From: Octopus vulgaris
Lineage: Eukaryota
Assembly: GCA_951406725.2 (NCBI GenBank)
Contig: OX597837.1
Span: 19,344,001-19,408,000, forward strand
DNA: 64,000 nucleotides
Reading direction: 5' to 3'
Shown here: positions 26,976-41,946 of the stretch, piece after piece
How the letters are laid out: every line of letters starts with the position of its first letter
How positions within the stretch are numbered: the first letter of the stretch is position 1
Position numbers and translations under genes: made by a program
Notes under the pieces: model-generated
What the model was told of the DNA's origin: nothing
Database searches by the model: none
What the model saw: only the letters and a program-made list of their open reading frames with translations

Positions 26976-28175
26976 AAGATATATGTATATCTATATATCT
27001 ATATATCTTTATATATGTGTACATATATGTATATATACATATATACATGCATACATACATATACACTATCGTGTACATTCACACATACACACACATACAT
27101 GCACATACACAAATGCGTCGATTAACGAAATTAATATGCGCCATTTTTCTTTTCACTTGGCTATCAGAAACTTCATTATTAGAGAAAGGTAAAACAGAAA
27201 CAGTTTTTATGCTAATAAGTTACATTAATGATTGAAAACGAAATACGCTTATTTCAATATTGCAAGTCTTTCAATGGTCCTAACATACACAGAAAATAAT
27301 CCGTTGAGCAAAATCACAAGTCAATAACACAATAAATACTTTCTTTAGTTTGTGCAACTAGTTAAATGTACGAAGCGATATCGAATGAATATGGTTGTTC
27401 ACATTGTGTTGGAATTTCATAGGTTGGTGCAAATAGAATTTATTGATATGTTAAACTTGGATGATTGTTTGAAAATAAAGTTTTATTTAAGTTATGTACC
27501 TGAAGCACACATTTCAGTTTAAGGATTTAGGGCATTACTTTTGCTTTCATTGCTTTTCTTGCCTATTTTGAGGCCCTTAAGAACCATCTGCGACCCGCGG
27601 GAGTTTCTGTATGGTATGCATAACGAAAAATTAACTGGAAATATTTTAGTAGTGCAGTCTACATGATGATGATCCAACTCTGATGCAGCCCACTTCTCGA
27701 AAACTGTCCTACGTTCGCTCATAAATATATACATACAAGTTCAGACGTAAGAAGCTTGCTTCTTGCTACATGGTTTCGGGTTCAGCCCCACAGCGTAACA
27801 TTTTGGGCAAGAGTCTTCTACTATACTCTTGGGCCGACCAAAGCCTTGTGAGTGGGTTTGGTAGATGGAAACTGAAGGAAAGCCCGTCGTGCGCGTGCGC
27901 TCGTACATATATCTTATATAAAATCCGTTCTGTGTGTGTGTGTGTGTCTTCTCGGATCTCGGGAATCCTCCATCCGATTGCGCTCATTTGATATGTAGAT
28001 ACCGACGGTATCAGTGCTTAACTGGTACTTGGATTATTGACCCCCGAACAAATAAAAAGCAAAGTCGGCGCCGACGGCATTTAACTCAGAACGTAAAGTC
28101 GAAAGAAATGTTGCGAATTTTTTTTGTCCGGCGCGTTAACGATTCTGGCAGCTCGTCTTAATAATAATAATAATG

Positions 28176-28378
<203 letters not shown>

Positions 28379-28394
28379 TAATAATAATAATAAA

Positions 28395-28903
28395 ATTAAG
28401 CTATGCCAATACTATGGAATAACAACAGAAAAAAGATACTGTACGCACACGCCATAAAAGGTCACAGAAAATGAGAAAGCAACCATACTCTGGGGTATGC
28501 CAATACACATAGATAGAGAAATTAAGACCAATAGGCCGGATATAATTGTCAGAGATCATCAGGAAAAGAATGCTTTCTAATTAATGCATTAATACCAGCA
28601 GATGACAGTGTTTCTCTAAAAGAAACTGAGAAACTTTCAAAATATAAAGATCTGGTAACTCGAATATGAAGTCTAAAAATAGAAGCAAGGTGCATTAGGT
28701 ATGATAAAAGATATTCAGACAAACACATAACAAACACATCAGGACTAACAAGTATTTATAACATTCAGAAAACAGCAATACTAGGAACCGCACAAATCCT
28801 ACGGAAAACAATTTCAATACAGTAAAAATAAGAGCATCACAACAAACCACAGCACATACCCAAGGCACAGAGAGCTGCGCTCGGTAGTGCAGTGAACGCT
28901 CGT
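28395..28903 (+). mobile_element. R4/Dong-like LINE 3' fragment (restriction-like endonuclease domain)
   Basis: ENEKATILW...DREIKTNRPDIIVRD...EKLSKYKDL...IQKTAILGTAQILRK. Confidence 0.88.
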
Positions 28904-28905
28904 GA

Positions 28906-28943
<38 letters not shown>

Positions 28944-28958
28944 ATAATGATAATAATG

Positions 28959-29020
<62 letters not shown>

Positions 29021-29021
<1 letters not shown>

Positions 29022-29210
29022 TCTAACTGTGCCCCACCTACAAGGTCATGTGCTGTTTATCTTGATATGAGATCATCATGTCGTGCACATATGGTTGTGA
29101 TGCATGTGCCTGGTGTACCCTTATCAGACGGGTAGTCATGATGGGTATACTGGGCTTCGCATATTTTACCCCAGTGTCACTTTGATGGCATGCACTGCTC
29201 TCTCACTGAA
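29021..29210 (+). mobile_element. Short repeat ending in (AAT)n (LINE 3'UTR or SINE tail)
   Basis: Homologous to 62290-62432 (atggttgtgatgcatgtgcctggtgtacc...tttgatggcatg...ctctcact then AAT run). Confidence 0.7.
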
Positions 29211-29225
29211 TAATAATAATAATAA

Positions 29226-29548
29226 CGCTGAGAAGAGAGACAGTAAGTTTGTTTGTAGCAGCATAAGATCAAGCATTGAGGACTAACTGGATAAAATTCA
29301 AGATAGACATAAACTAGGTTTATGTCTATGGAAATATGTTACTCATATATTAAGCGAATGTAGCTTGCTGGTACAGAAAGAAGTCAAGAAAAGACATGAC
29401 AACTTAAGGAGAATAATCCACTGGGAGTTATGTAGAAAGCTAGGATTTGAGCATACTGATAAGTGGTATGAACATGGACCTAACGAAGTGCTGAGAAAAC
29501 TAAGAAATATAACATGTGCAATTTTAACTTTCAGATCGACAGAGTAGA
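29226..29548 (+). mobile_element. R4/Dong-like LINE fragment (zinc-knuckle/RHD region)
   Basis: HILSECSLLVQKEVKKRHDNLRRIIHWELCRK...KWYEH. Confidence 0.8.
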
Positions 29549-29584
<36 letters not shown>

Positions 29585-29916
29585 GTAACAGCAACTACAT
29601 TTACACGAACTACCAAAGAAGCAGTCAGGACCATGAGATTTTAAGTTTATTTGAAGTGAGGGAGGGGGAACATATAGAGGTGGGACATCAGCTTCTCTTT
29701 ACTCCTTCTCCTCCTCTTCCTCCCCTTCCTCCCCTTCCTCCTCCTCCTCCTCCTCCTCCTTTCCCGCCTTTTCCTTCTTCACTCCTCCTCTTGCCATCCT
29801 TTCTCTGGTTAGCTATCTTCCATCTAACTTTCAATGAACGGAATGATGACGGTGGTGGTCACGGTGGTGATAGTAGTGTTGGCTGCAGGAGTGGTGGCAG
29901 TTGTAGTAGTAGTAGT

Positions 29917-29986
<70 letters not shown>

Positions 29987-30557
29987 TAAACTAGGTCCCT
30001 GTTAATCCGAAACTGTCAATATATTTATACTTTAAGTGGTTGTCTGTGTGTGTATGTATATGTGTGTGTGTGCGTGTGCGTGTGCGTAGTTGTTTGTATG
30101 CTTGCATGAGTGGATGTGTATATGCGTGAAACCTGTGTGCATTTATGTGTGTAACTTTGTATGTATTTGCGTATAGTTGTGTGGAAAGTGTTTTGCGTAC
30201 AGCTGTGTGTGTCTGTGAACATGACCAAACATGTACTGTGCGTATGTGTATATACGATCCTGTGTGGACATATTAATGAGGATGTATATCTACGTGCCTG
30301 TATGTTTGTGTGTGTGCGTGTTTGTTTGTGTGTGTGTGCGTGTGTGCGTGTGTGTGTATGTGTGTGTGACATTGTGTAAGTATATTTAACGGTCTGTATT
30401 TGTATGTTTAATTGTTCTTGATGTTAAGCCTGGTGATTAATTTTATCAGTCTGTTTCGCCGAAACGCAAAGTCATGGGGACAAACACACGCAAACACACA
30501 CCCATACATCCATCGATCTATCGATCGATCGATCCATCCATCCATACATACATACAT

Positions 30558-30634
<77 letters not shown>

Positions 30635-30905
30635 GAGTGGGCTTTCATTTTCCGTCTGTCAACTCACAAACCCTTAGGTCAGCCCCAAGAATATAGCAGA
30701 ATGCACTTGTCGAATATGCTACGCAGTGGAACTGAACCCGGAACCATGTGGCTGGGAAGTAAACTTCTTACCACACAGCCACACCGATCAAACAAATGCA
30801 TTTAAGAACTCTTAGTGTCTCGCATTCTTATTGTTGTCATTCGGAAGCAATCAAAGGTATTCCAGTTGTGTCCCGTACATGTTTGGAAATGAGAAAAACA
30901 TCATT

Positions 30906-31259
30906 GAAGGCGCATGGCTCAGTAGTTAGAGCATTGGGCTTAGAATTGTGAAGTTGTGAGTTCGATTGCCGGACCGGGTTGTGTACATGACCATGGGATT
31001 GCTCCTAGAAAGTTACCCTCCGAGGCACAAGTCCGGGCAAGGTTGTTTTTGGAAGACCAGCAGTCACCCATCCTTACAAACCTCCCCTCTTCACGCCACT
31101 GATGTTATCCAAGGGAAAGGCAAAGGGGCCGATACAGCTTGGCACCAGTACATTGCAACTCATTTCTACAGCTGAGTGAACTGGAGCACCGTCTGGGAAT
31201 CGAATTCACCAACTCATAATTGTGAGCCCCAGGCGCTAACCACTGAGCCATGCACCTTC
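30906..31259. mobile_element. Tail-to-tail SINEs: head B stub (+, 30906-30980) and head B + tail Z copy (-, ~30985-31259)
   Basis: gaaggcgcatggctcagtagttagagc versus gcgctaaccactgagccatgcaccttc. Tail Z recurs at ~63710-63840. Confidence 0.78.
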
Positions 31260-31724
31260 CGACAAAAAGTTTCCAGCAGACAGCAGCGGGACTCGAACCC
31301 GTACCTTACGATACCAGCTGAGTATTCTAATGACAGCTCATGTCATGCTTAGAGCTCCAAGCATAGATCTTTATATTCCAGTCTGCTTTCTGCATAGTGG
31401 AGCTTAATGCAATAAAGTGTTCCCTGATGGTCCGTTTTGTTTAAGCATCCAAATGCACCTGGAACATCTGATGTCGGTTTCCAAACAATCAGAAAAGGGA
31501 AAAGTGCGTAGGAACAAATAATGTAAACTCGGGTTTATCTTAAGCTCTCCTGTGTGTATATATAGGTGAGGTGTGGCTGTGTGGTAAGAAGTTTACTCCC
31601 CAATCACATGGTTCCGTTTTCTGTCCTACTGCGAAGCACTTTGGGCAAGTGTCTTCTACTATAGCCTCACGCACACCAAACTTCTGAGTAAATTTGATAG
31701 ACGGAAAATGGAAGAAGCCTGCCG

Positions 31725-31797
<73 letters not shown>

Positions 31798-32159
31798 ATA
31801 TCTATCTATCTATCTATATGTATGTATAAATTTATATAAATAAGGATAAGATCGTTATTTAAATACCGATCTTATCAGGTGGCCAGCATGGGAATAAAAA
31901 CCTTCAAAGGTAATAATTAGTATTAGAATTATAATTTAAGGTTTCTAAGAGATACCAACAGGCAGGAAATAGCAACAAAATTTAATAATATCTATATGTA
32001 TATGTATACACGCGCGCGGAAACGCACACACATGTATGTATTTATGAATGAGTGTGTGCGTGTCTTTGTGTCATTGCCTCTGTGTTCTTCCTCCACTACC
32101 ACTTGACAACCTGTGTTGGTGTGTTTACGTCCCCGTAACTTAGCGATTCAGTAATACAT

Positions 32160-32220
<61 letters not shown>

Positions 32221-32227
32221 GTATATA

Positions 32228-32750
32228 TGGGAACAGGACGTCACCAACTGTAAACAACATGAAGTACGAAAACAAGCGAGATAAATACGCAAACAACGGG
32301 AGAAAAAATGAAAAACGTAATACACAAAACGACCGTTCATAAGTTGTCGGCTGTCTACCTACTCATCATTTCGAGCATTCAACGACAATATAAATCTTCG
32401 AAGGCAGTTGTTCCTCTAACTTCCAAAATAAATTTTGGATTTTATGGAGGGTCAAATTTGAGAACAAAAACATGACAGTGGAGACATACAAGGAAACTGA
32501 ATGAAAACAAATATGGAGGGTCGTTAGTGAACGTTGGAAAAAATATTTTCTTTTGAAAAGAGAAAAGATAGAAAAGAGAGATAGATGTCCAGTCTTTAGA
32601 ACGTCGTGTAGGAAAAGAAAGATGGTCACGCAAGGAAAAGAAAGATGGACGAGGGTAACGTGTGAGCAACGAGGGAGAGAGAAAAGGAGAAAGAGAGGGG
32701 TGGCATACAAAAAACGGTGAAGGGGAGAAAATAGTATAGAGTAGTGTCAC
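32228..32750 (-). mobile_element. Non-coding Penelope-like repeat fragment
   Basis: Weak similarity in composition and motifs to 40640-41070 and 45975-46866. Confidence 0.4.
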
Positions 32751-32796
32751 ATCAAGAAAGTTAAGATAAACTTACTTGGAAATGGATGCGTGGTGT

Positions 32797-33671
32797 TGTG
32801 GTATTAAAATGTTCCCGGACTAGTTGTTTAATTTGAAAAAAAATATTTACCTAAGTTTTAACATCATCTCCTTTGATATAGTCCCCTTGCGCAGAAATAA
32901 GCCGGTCCCAGCATTCCTGCCACTTTTGGAATCCACTCTGGAAGTCGTTTTCCGTAAGCGAGTCGAGAATCTTCGGCGATTCACTCTTGATCCATGCAAC
33001 TATGTTAAGACGGCGAACTTTGAGCTGCATTTTCCTCTTGAGGAAGAGATGCCAGTTCGCAGGTACTAAATCTGACGAATAAGGCGGGTGCAGAAACAAC
33101 AACATGTTGCTTTTGATGAGAAACTCACACGTGAGGAATGTTCAGTGACAGGATGCATTGTTGTCATGAAGAATCCAATTCTTCACACTCGACAGATCTG
33201 GTCGCTTTTGCTGAGTGTCTTCCCTCAAACACTTCAAGTGTCTTCCCTCAAATAGTAGATGTCTCGATTGACGATCTGACCCTGGGGAATGAATTCTCGA
33301 TGCACAATACCATGGATGTAAAAAAGAAATACGCTTTTGAAGTATAGCTCGAAACATTGCGTACGACTCATTACCTCGCCGTAAGCTTGCTGAAGTATAC
33401 TCAACGTCTCTGTAGTAAACTCCCCAGGTTTAGCGCAAAATTTCACGTTGACTCTTTCTTCAAACTTTTTCTGCATGGCAAAAGTCGCAGACCACAACAT
33501 ACTCGTGATCCCAAAAGCACAAATTTCGCAACTTCTGAAGTAAACACAGCGAAGTTACTTGGCACACTACCTCATGAAGGTTACCGCTAGCTCTCACTGC
33601 GCACACAACCATCTACTACCATCTGTTAGTGTGCCACAGAACTAGTCCGGGAACTTTTTGGTACTACCTCG
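32797..33671 (-). mobile_element. Internally deleted mariner element
   Basis: TIR aaaagttcccggactagtt at both ends. ORF pieces VNVKFCAKPG, GIVHREFIPQGQIVN, WILHDNNASCH, HPPYSSDLVPANWHLF. Confidence 0.88.
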
Positions 33672-33844
33672 TATATATATCAGTTGCAGGATTCGTTCGA
33701 ATTTCGACATTTCAACATTGAGGACGTCTGGATAGGCCTAGTACAGCGTTGATAATACTCAGAAGCAACTTAAAGTTGTCTTTACTGGTTGTAAATTGTA
33801 CGTATACACATATTCACTCACACATCTATCTACACACTGACGGA

Positions 33845-33888
<44 letters not shown>

Positions 33889-34000
33889 TACCCAGCCCTA
33901 TAGAAACTTAAAATCCAACCCATGGATGGGTCTAAATGAGGCGTATGAATGAAAAAACACAAGTGGGGTTCTTAAACATATATTGATTATATATATATAT

Positions 34001-36448
34001 TAGCGTTAAGACTTTTTCACAACCTAATAGCCTTATGCTGGAGTTATGGGCTTTTTAAACTATAATCACTAAAAAGTGTATTTATGCATATTTAAGATAA
34101 CTGAATTGAAATTGCAAAGGTTCAAAACTAGGCTATTTTAAGACAGAGGCCTCTACAAGCTTTCGATAACATACAAAATTAAAACAATACATATTTTTAA
34201 CTTTATAGGTTTAATTCCAATCTTAAATAACTGTATAAGAACAAGGGTGCTGAATATTGGCAAATTTTTGAGCATAACAAAGAATTAATGCTTTGTTAGA
34301 TAAAATAAATCGAAGCTGAAGTTCTTCCTTTTTACAAACATCATAAAGATCTTGAAGGCACTTGATGGCCCGTTCTGCACTTTGGTTTTTTTCCGGGGAA
34401 TTTCCAGTTTTGATGGTTCTCGACTTCAAAAGTTATTTACTACGTTCGTAGGCATTCAGCACTTTTCTACTTTTGCTTGAACATTTTAAATTGACAAATC
34501 TGGGAAATTTAATTTTTTTTTTGCCTTCTGATAACTTCTGATAATCATGTGCATTGAACATTTGGTCAGTAAACCAAAAATCTGATCAGCTGTAAGAGAT
34601 GAATTGACAAATTTTGAGAAACAAAACCCTTTTCTCTGGTAGTAGAATAAGTGCCAAAAGAGCTAGTATTCCATTTTGCATTACTTAAGTTGGGTATTTT
34701 TTTGAAACTTTACAATAGGAAATTTGCCGGTTTCTTCAAAGAAACGAAAAACTCTGGTCAAAGGAAATAATAATTTCATGTCATCTCCCCATCCTGCTGT
34801 TTCAGTAATCTTTTCTTCTCCAATGTTGAAATTAGCCTGGAGTTTCTCGTAATTACTTAGAAGCTCTGGGATGAAAGTATATTCAATGTTGGGAGATGAC
34901 TTTTTTCTTCAAGATCGTTATCCATTACAACACGAAGAACTCTATCGAGGATATGATACTGACAACCAATAAATTGCGGTTCTTTCAAACCCTTTTGAGG
35001 AAACAGTCTTTGTAACTGAATGACAATGCCATTTCTTTTCCCAGTGTTCGCACTCGTTGCATCAGCGACAATCATCTTTACACAGTTCCATAAATTGTAT
35101 TAATCTAAATCAGCTGTTATTCTTTTCACTACAGTATCGGCTTTTCCCTCTGGTAATTGGAGTGCTTCTAATTTAACTTCTTGCTGTTCATTCTTTAAAA
35201 CTAGCACTTGGTATTCTTGGTCATCAATATGTTTACCATCAAAATGAATGACCAGTTTTCTAAATGTAGTGTTTTCTTCATTTTCTTTTTTAGTTTAACA
35301 GCTTGTTTGGTAGTCGATCTGTAAATGCCAAATTGGGAAGGAGTTTCGATATTGATTCCATCTTGAGATAATTGTCGACAAACTGTTGCTGCTTTTTCGG
35401 TTGATAGCTTGGAAGATATTACTAACTTGGTTGCAGTTCCAGTTTTGCTATACTTCCTCCTTGTTTGTGTGGTTTCTTCATCTGACTTTTTGGACTCTTG
35501 ATATTCACTTTCAGTCTCTTATTCAGATGTTGACGATGACACTGGAGTTGCTCTGGTTGAAGTTGGCATTAAGAACACTTTTCTTCTTTTGGATGGATGG
35601 AAAATTTTGGAACTGTCTGCCTTTCCAGTTCCATACCCAACTTGTCCCTTGCTTTCAATTTGAAGATAATATATCTTCACTGCACAGCCATTCACCGTTT
35701 TCCTTTGTGATGTCAAAAATTCCTTTCAAGGAATCGTATTTTCCTCGTTTTACACATTTATCGTAGGTTGTCAGCACTTTTTATACTTTTGCTTGAACAA
35801 TTTGAATTGATAACTATGGGAAATTTATTTTCTTTTGCCATAAAAAGTTACTTCTTTCGAAATTTCTTTTGTTCTTTCTTTCCTTCCTTTGATGGTACCT
35901 CCAAGGAACAGGTAGCGACCGACAATTTGAAGTTTCATTGGTATCCTGAAGTTGTTTTCCAAAGAATGCTCTGCTAGAGGAAGAGGCCTCCTTTTCCTAT
36001 GTGAGTCTTGAAATTGCACAAGATTCTTCGTCCAGATTTTTTCTTTCTTTGAGTGGCACAAGCACTTCTCTTATGAGACATTATTTTAGATACTCTAGTT
36101 GGATAAGCCTACCATTCTCAAAAACAGTTAATATAGTTAGAGTTTAGATATTTCCTAAAGTAGGGCCGAAGAGGTAGCAATTTAAAAACTCTATAACTCC
36201 TAAACTACTTAAACTTGAAAGCTGAAATATGAGATATATTGCTTCTGCATTGCATCGAGTCAGCACACCAAGTTTGGTAAAAGCTTGAGTAGGCATTATA
36301 AACCCTACCCCGTAGAATTTTGCATGATTTGGGTCAAAAGTGGTGTTAGATTTCTTCAGTTGGAGTAACGTTTTTTTAAAAAAAACTTAAAATAAATGTT
36401 TTTAAAGGAAATTGTTTACTTCCAAAGAATCAAAAAGTCATAACCCTA
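34001..36448 (-). mobile_element. hATm-like DNA transposon, near full length, transposase pseudogene
   Basis: TIRs TAGCGTTAAGACTTTTT and AAAAAGTCATAACCCTA; ATATATAT on both sides. Motifs HFDGK, ADATSANTG, CQYHILD, NQSAERAIK. Confidence 0.78.
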
Positions 36449-36631
36449 ATATATATAATAAAGAAAAAGTAGGATAAATATCGCCTAACACAACACAACT
36501 AATTAGCGCTCTAATAGAGTACCAGGAATATAAGACCAAGAAAGAAAGGACAACAAATTTCGGAAGTCAGTGTTCTTAATCATTCAGTATACTTCACAGC
36601 ATCAGAATACTTCATAGCATACATAGGTGCC

Positions 36632-36707
<76 letters not shown>

Positions 36708-37191
36708 TATATATATTTACCTATATATATATATATAAATATATATATATTTACCTATATATATATTTATATATATATATATATACACATATATGTATAT
36801 GATATATATAATATAAAAATATATAAATATATAAACACATACAAATCATAAATTTACTTGCATGATATCTTATGCGATTGTATATCCATATTAGAAATTA
36901 ATGAGGATATATATACACACACACACTCACATAAATATCGAGCAATGAGAATGAGTACTGAATACCGCATTGGTGGATAAAGATTGCTCATTTGTGTATT
37001 AAAGCTACTATTGGTCTCATACTAAGAAATACCTTAACATTTATGAAGCCAATCCTATAATCCCATGGGATTATCGGCATTCGTCTCCATGGGATAGGCT
37101 TGATAATTGTCGAGGCATACCTTAACATGAAACCAACGGTAGCCTTAATACTGAACTAAAATATACACACACACACACACACACATATATG

Positions 37192-37244
<53 letters not shown>

Positions 37245-37278
37245 GTATATATACATACATACATATACATACACACAC

Positions 37279-37328
<50 letters not shown>

Positions 37329-37464
37329 CATATGAATGACTTTTCGGATAATTTTTCCACTTTAATAATTAGATGTTTAAAAATTATTAGGTGTTCGGGA
37401 AAGCCTTTTCTATTCATTTTTTCATATATACAATACTGAACCAAGGACTTTATATTTCTTATTC

Positions 37465-37504
<40 letters not shown>

Positions 37505-37782
37505 TGTGTGTGTGTGTTTGTGTTTATCACCCTACCACCAAACAACCGGTATTGGTTTGTTATGTCCCCCTCACTTAACGGTCTGTGGCCATGTTGGAGG
37601 CACCACCTTAGTGTGTTTAGCTGATCAAATTGACCGCAGTACTTATTGTATTTAAAAATTTTTGTTATTTGATGTAGCCGTTTCTTTTTGCACAACCGCT
37701 ATGATACGGGTACTTAACAAACCAACACCAGCCGTCAAAAGGTGCGAAAGAAGCAGTAAGATGCACGGACACGCGCAAAAAT

Positions 37783-37867
<85 letters not shown>

Positions 37868-37875
37868 TACACATA

Positions 37876-38032
37876 GGCGCAGGAGTGGCTGTGGTAAGTA
37901 GCTTGCTAACCAGCCACATGGTTCTGGGTTCGGTCCCACTGCGTGGCATCTTGGAAAGTGTCTTCTGCTATAGCCCCGGGCCGACCAAAGCCTTGTGAGT
38001 GGATTTGGTAGACGGAAACTGAAAGAAGCCTG

Positions 38033-38110
<78 letters not shown>

Positions 38111-38164
38111 TTGTGTGTTTGTGTGTCTGTGTTTGTCGTATATATGTATGTATGTATATATATT

Positions 38165-38199
<35 letters not shown>

Positions 38200-38239
38200 T
38201 TGTGTGTTTGTGTGTCTGTGTTTGTCGTATATATGTATG

Positions 38240-38311
<72 letters not shown>

Positions 38312-38504
38312 CGTGTATGTTTGCTTGACAACCGATGCTGGTGTGTTTATGTCCCCGTCACCGAGCGGTTCGGCAAAAGAGACCGATAGAATAAGTACTG
38401 GGCTTACAAAGAATAAGTCCCGGGGTCGATTTGCTCGACTAAAGGCGGTGCTCCAGCATGGCCGCAGTCAAATGACTGAAACAAGTAAAAGAGTAAAAGA
38501 GAGT
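37876..38504 (+). mobile_element. SINE family 1, well preserved, with expanded and duplicated internal microsatellite
   Basis: Clean head and tail (gagtaaaa repeats); internal (TA)(TG) block present twice. Confidence 0.9.
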
Positions 38505-38580
38505 ATAGACATACCTAATGAACATACAAGCACACACACATTCGCAATGTACATAGATGCACACACATATACACAATGTG

Positions 38581-38615
<35 letters not shown>

Positions 38616-39429
38616 TCACATAATGGCTCCTGCAGTTTCTGTCGACTAAATTCACTCAAATGTCGTATGTATGGATTTCAAAAGTTATACAAATATAAAA
38701 AAAGAGACAAAGAACAAACAGAAAGATTTTGACGAAGTTCTTTTTTCCTCCTTATTTCTACGTCTTCTCTTCTCAATCACTTAAGATGTTATTTATGACA
38801 TGTCGAGAACTTATTGTCGCGCAGTATCATATATCAACAGTCCGGTATATATGCTATTTATTGACAAATTTATCACAATATTCAAATAATATTCTTTGTG
38901 AATGCACATTATACATCAAAATAATATTTTCTCTTATCTCCAATGTTATTTTCAATGTTATCAGTTATGAAATTCTATGAAGGAAAAAAAGATATCACTC
39001 TTCACCATCGTGCATCGGCAAGTTACACTTAGCTTGAATTCCGAAGAAACGAGACAAATAATGGCTTATTCTTCATTTTTTTTTTGTGGGGAAGAGAATT
39101 TTCGCGGGCTGACGTAACCAACATTTTTTTTTCTATCATTGCTTTTACACCCCTATCATTATTATTTTACAGGATGCTATCTTCTCTAAATACTATCGAA
39201 ATATCTGTGCCAGTGTTCACAATTGCGCTTGTTTAGCAAACCGCTTGATTTCAGATTGTGTGTTGTTGAAAGTACATTTACAGCGTAATAGAGACACGAT
39301 TACTATTTAAAGTACACACAGATGCACACACACACACATACACACTCACACACACATTCATATATATATATAAACACTAATATAATAATAACAATAATTC
39401 TAGGATGGAATTTATAAATATTTAAAACA

Positions 39430-39868
39430 TCACTACGCGCGTTTCCACAAATCACATGATTTTGACATCAGAGTTGGTGTCCTTGGGATTAGTACAGTAT
39501 AGTCCATGTTATCCCTGGCTATCCAGTTGATCACCATCATTGATTCATTTCATCAGGTGAGACTGTATTATTGGATGCTTATGCCTTCATGCCAGTCTGA
39601 AGGCCAATCAGGCTATGGGAGTATTTCTGTATATACTTAGTAATGGGAGGTATGTGATGTGTGTAGAGGAAGGATTAGTAGAAATATAAGGATGGAGGTG
39701 TGGGTGGTGGTGTTGGATTTACTTGCTATTCATTCTGCAGATTCAGTAATACAGTATCACCTGATGAAATAAATCAACGATGATGATCAACTGAATAGCC
39801 AAGGATAATATGGACGAATCCTGTACTAATCCCAAGGATACCGACTCTGCTGTCAAAATCATGTAATT
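39430..39868. repeat. Long inverted repeat (~120-bp arms), Penelope-like, containing a hammerhead-like motif
   Basis: 39452-39570 is the reverse complement of 39747-39868 with scattered transitions. Confidence 0.85.
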
Positions 39869-40016
39869 TCTAAAATTACTGCTATTATTATATTTAATTA
39901 TATTTATCCTACATTGATGCAACCCCGAAAAACTAACTTACTAGTCAGTATCATCGGTAGCCGGTATAATGATATAGGAGATTTATTTAGACCCAATGTT
40001 ATCTTGAATTTAAAAA

Positions 40017-40069
<53 letters not shown>

Positions 40070-40070
<1 letters not shown>

Positions 40071-40530
40071 TAGCAGCTAAGCCTGCTTTCACCCGATCGG
40101 TTTGGATGATGTGGCTGTAAAACCTGCTCTGTGTAAGCATTCGACTTGTTTGGGCATGATTACGTTAAAAAACAATTTTAGAATGACATTTTACTGTCAA
40201 AACGCTAAAAATAACTAATCAACAACAAAAACATGTACCAAATTCAACCAAATCAAAAAATAAACCCAAATACTAAGCGAACAAAGATCAACCATCCCAC
40301 TTCCATTGCGCGTGCACATGCGCACACACAACGCACACACACACAATCACATGCCCCCCTTTTACATACACATACATATATTCACAGAGTTGAAACATTG
40401 TTTGATTTTATTTTTTAAGCGTACAATTTTCATCAACCCACAACAAGGTATGACATCACTCCTTCCGTCCGTATTCATCTATCACCCCTTCCGTTCTCAG
40501 TCCTAAACACAAGAGTATTATTACAGTAGA
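40070..40530 (-). mobile_element. Non-autonomous Helitron-like element
   Basis: Minus strand starts TCTACTGTAATAATA and ends CTAG, sits between A and T, degenerate subterminal hairpin. Confidence 0.6.
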
Positions 40531-40639
40531 TTATTTTGGTAACCATGGGAACTATGAAAAATACAAAGCCCAGCATCACCACCATACCACCCTACACATC
40601 TGTGTAATTTTTCGTGCAATTCCACCCAGCCGTCTGACC

Positions 40640-41542
<903 letters not shown>

Positions 41543-41546
41543 AAAT

Positions 41547-41922
41547 TTTACTTGTTTCAGTCATTTGACAGCGGCCATGCAGGAGCACCGCCTTTAGTCG
41601 AGCAAATCGACCCAAGGACATATTCTTTGTAAGCCTAGTACTTATTCTATCGGTGTATTTTGCCGAATCGCTAAGTTACGGTGGCGTAAACACACCAGCA
41701 TCGGTTGTCAAGCGATGTTGGGGTACAAACACAGACATACAAATGTATACACACACATACATATATACATATACATACATACGGCAGGCTTCTTTCAGTT
41801 TCCGTCTACCAAATCCACTCACTAGTCTTTGGTGGGCCCGAGGCTATAGTAGAAGACACTTGCCCAAGGTGCCACGCAGTGGTTGGTAAGCAAGCTACTT
41901 ACTACACAGCCACTCTTGCGCC
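41547..41922 (-). mobile_element. SINE family 1 copy, inverted and adjacent to the previous one
   Basis: Homology to other copies. Confidence 0.88.
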
Positions 41923-41946
41923 TATATACTTGTATTCTTATATATA

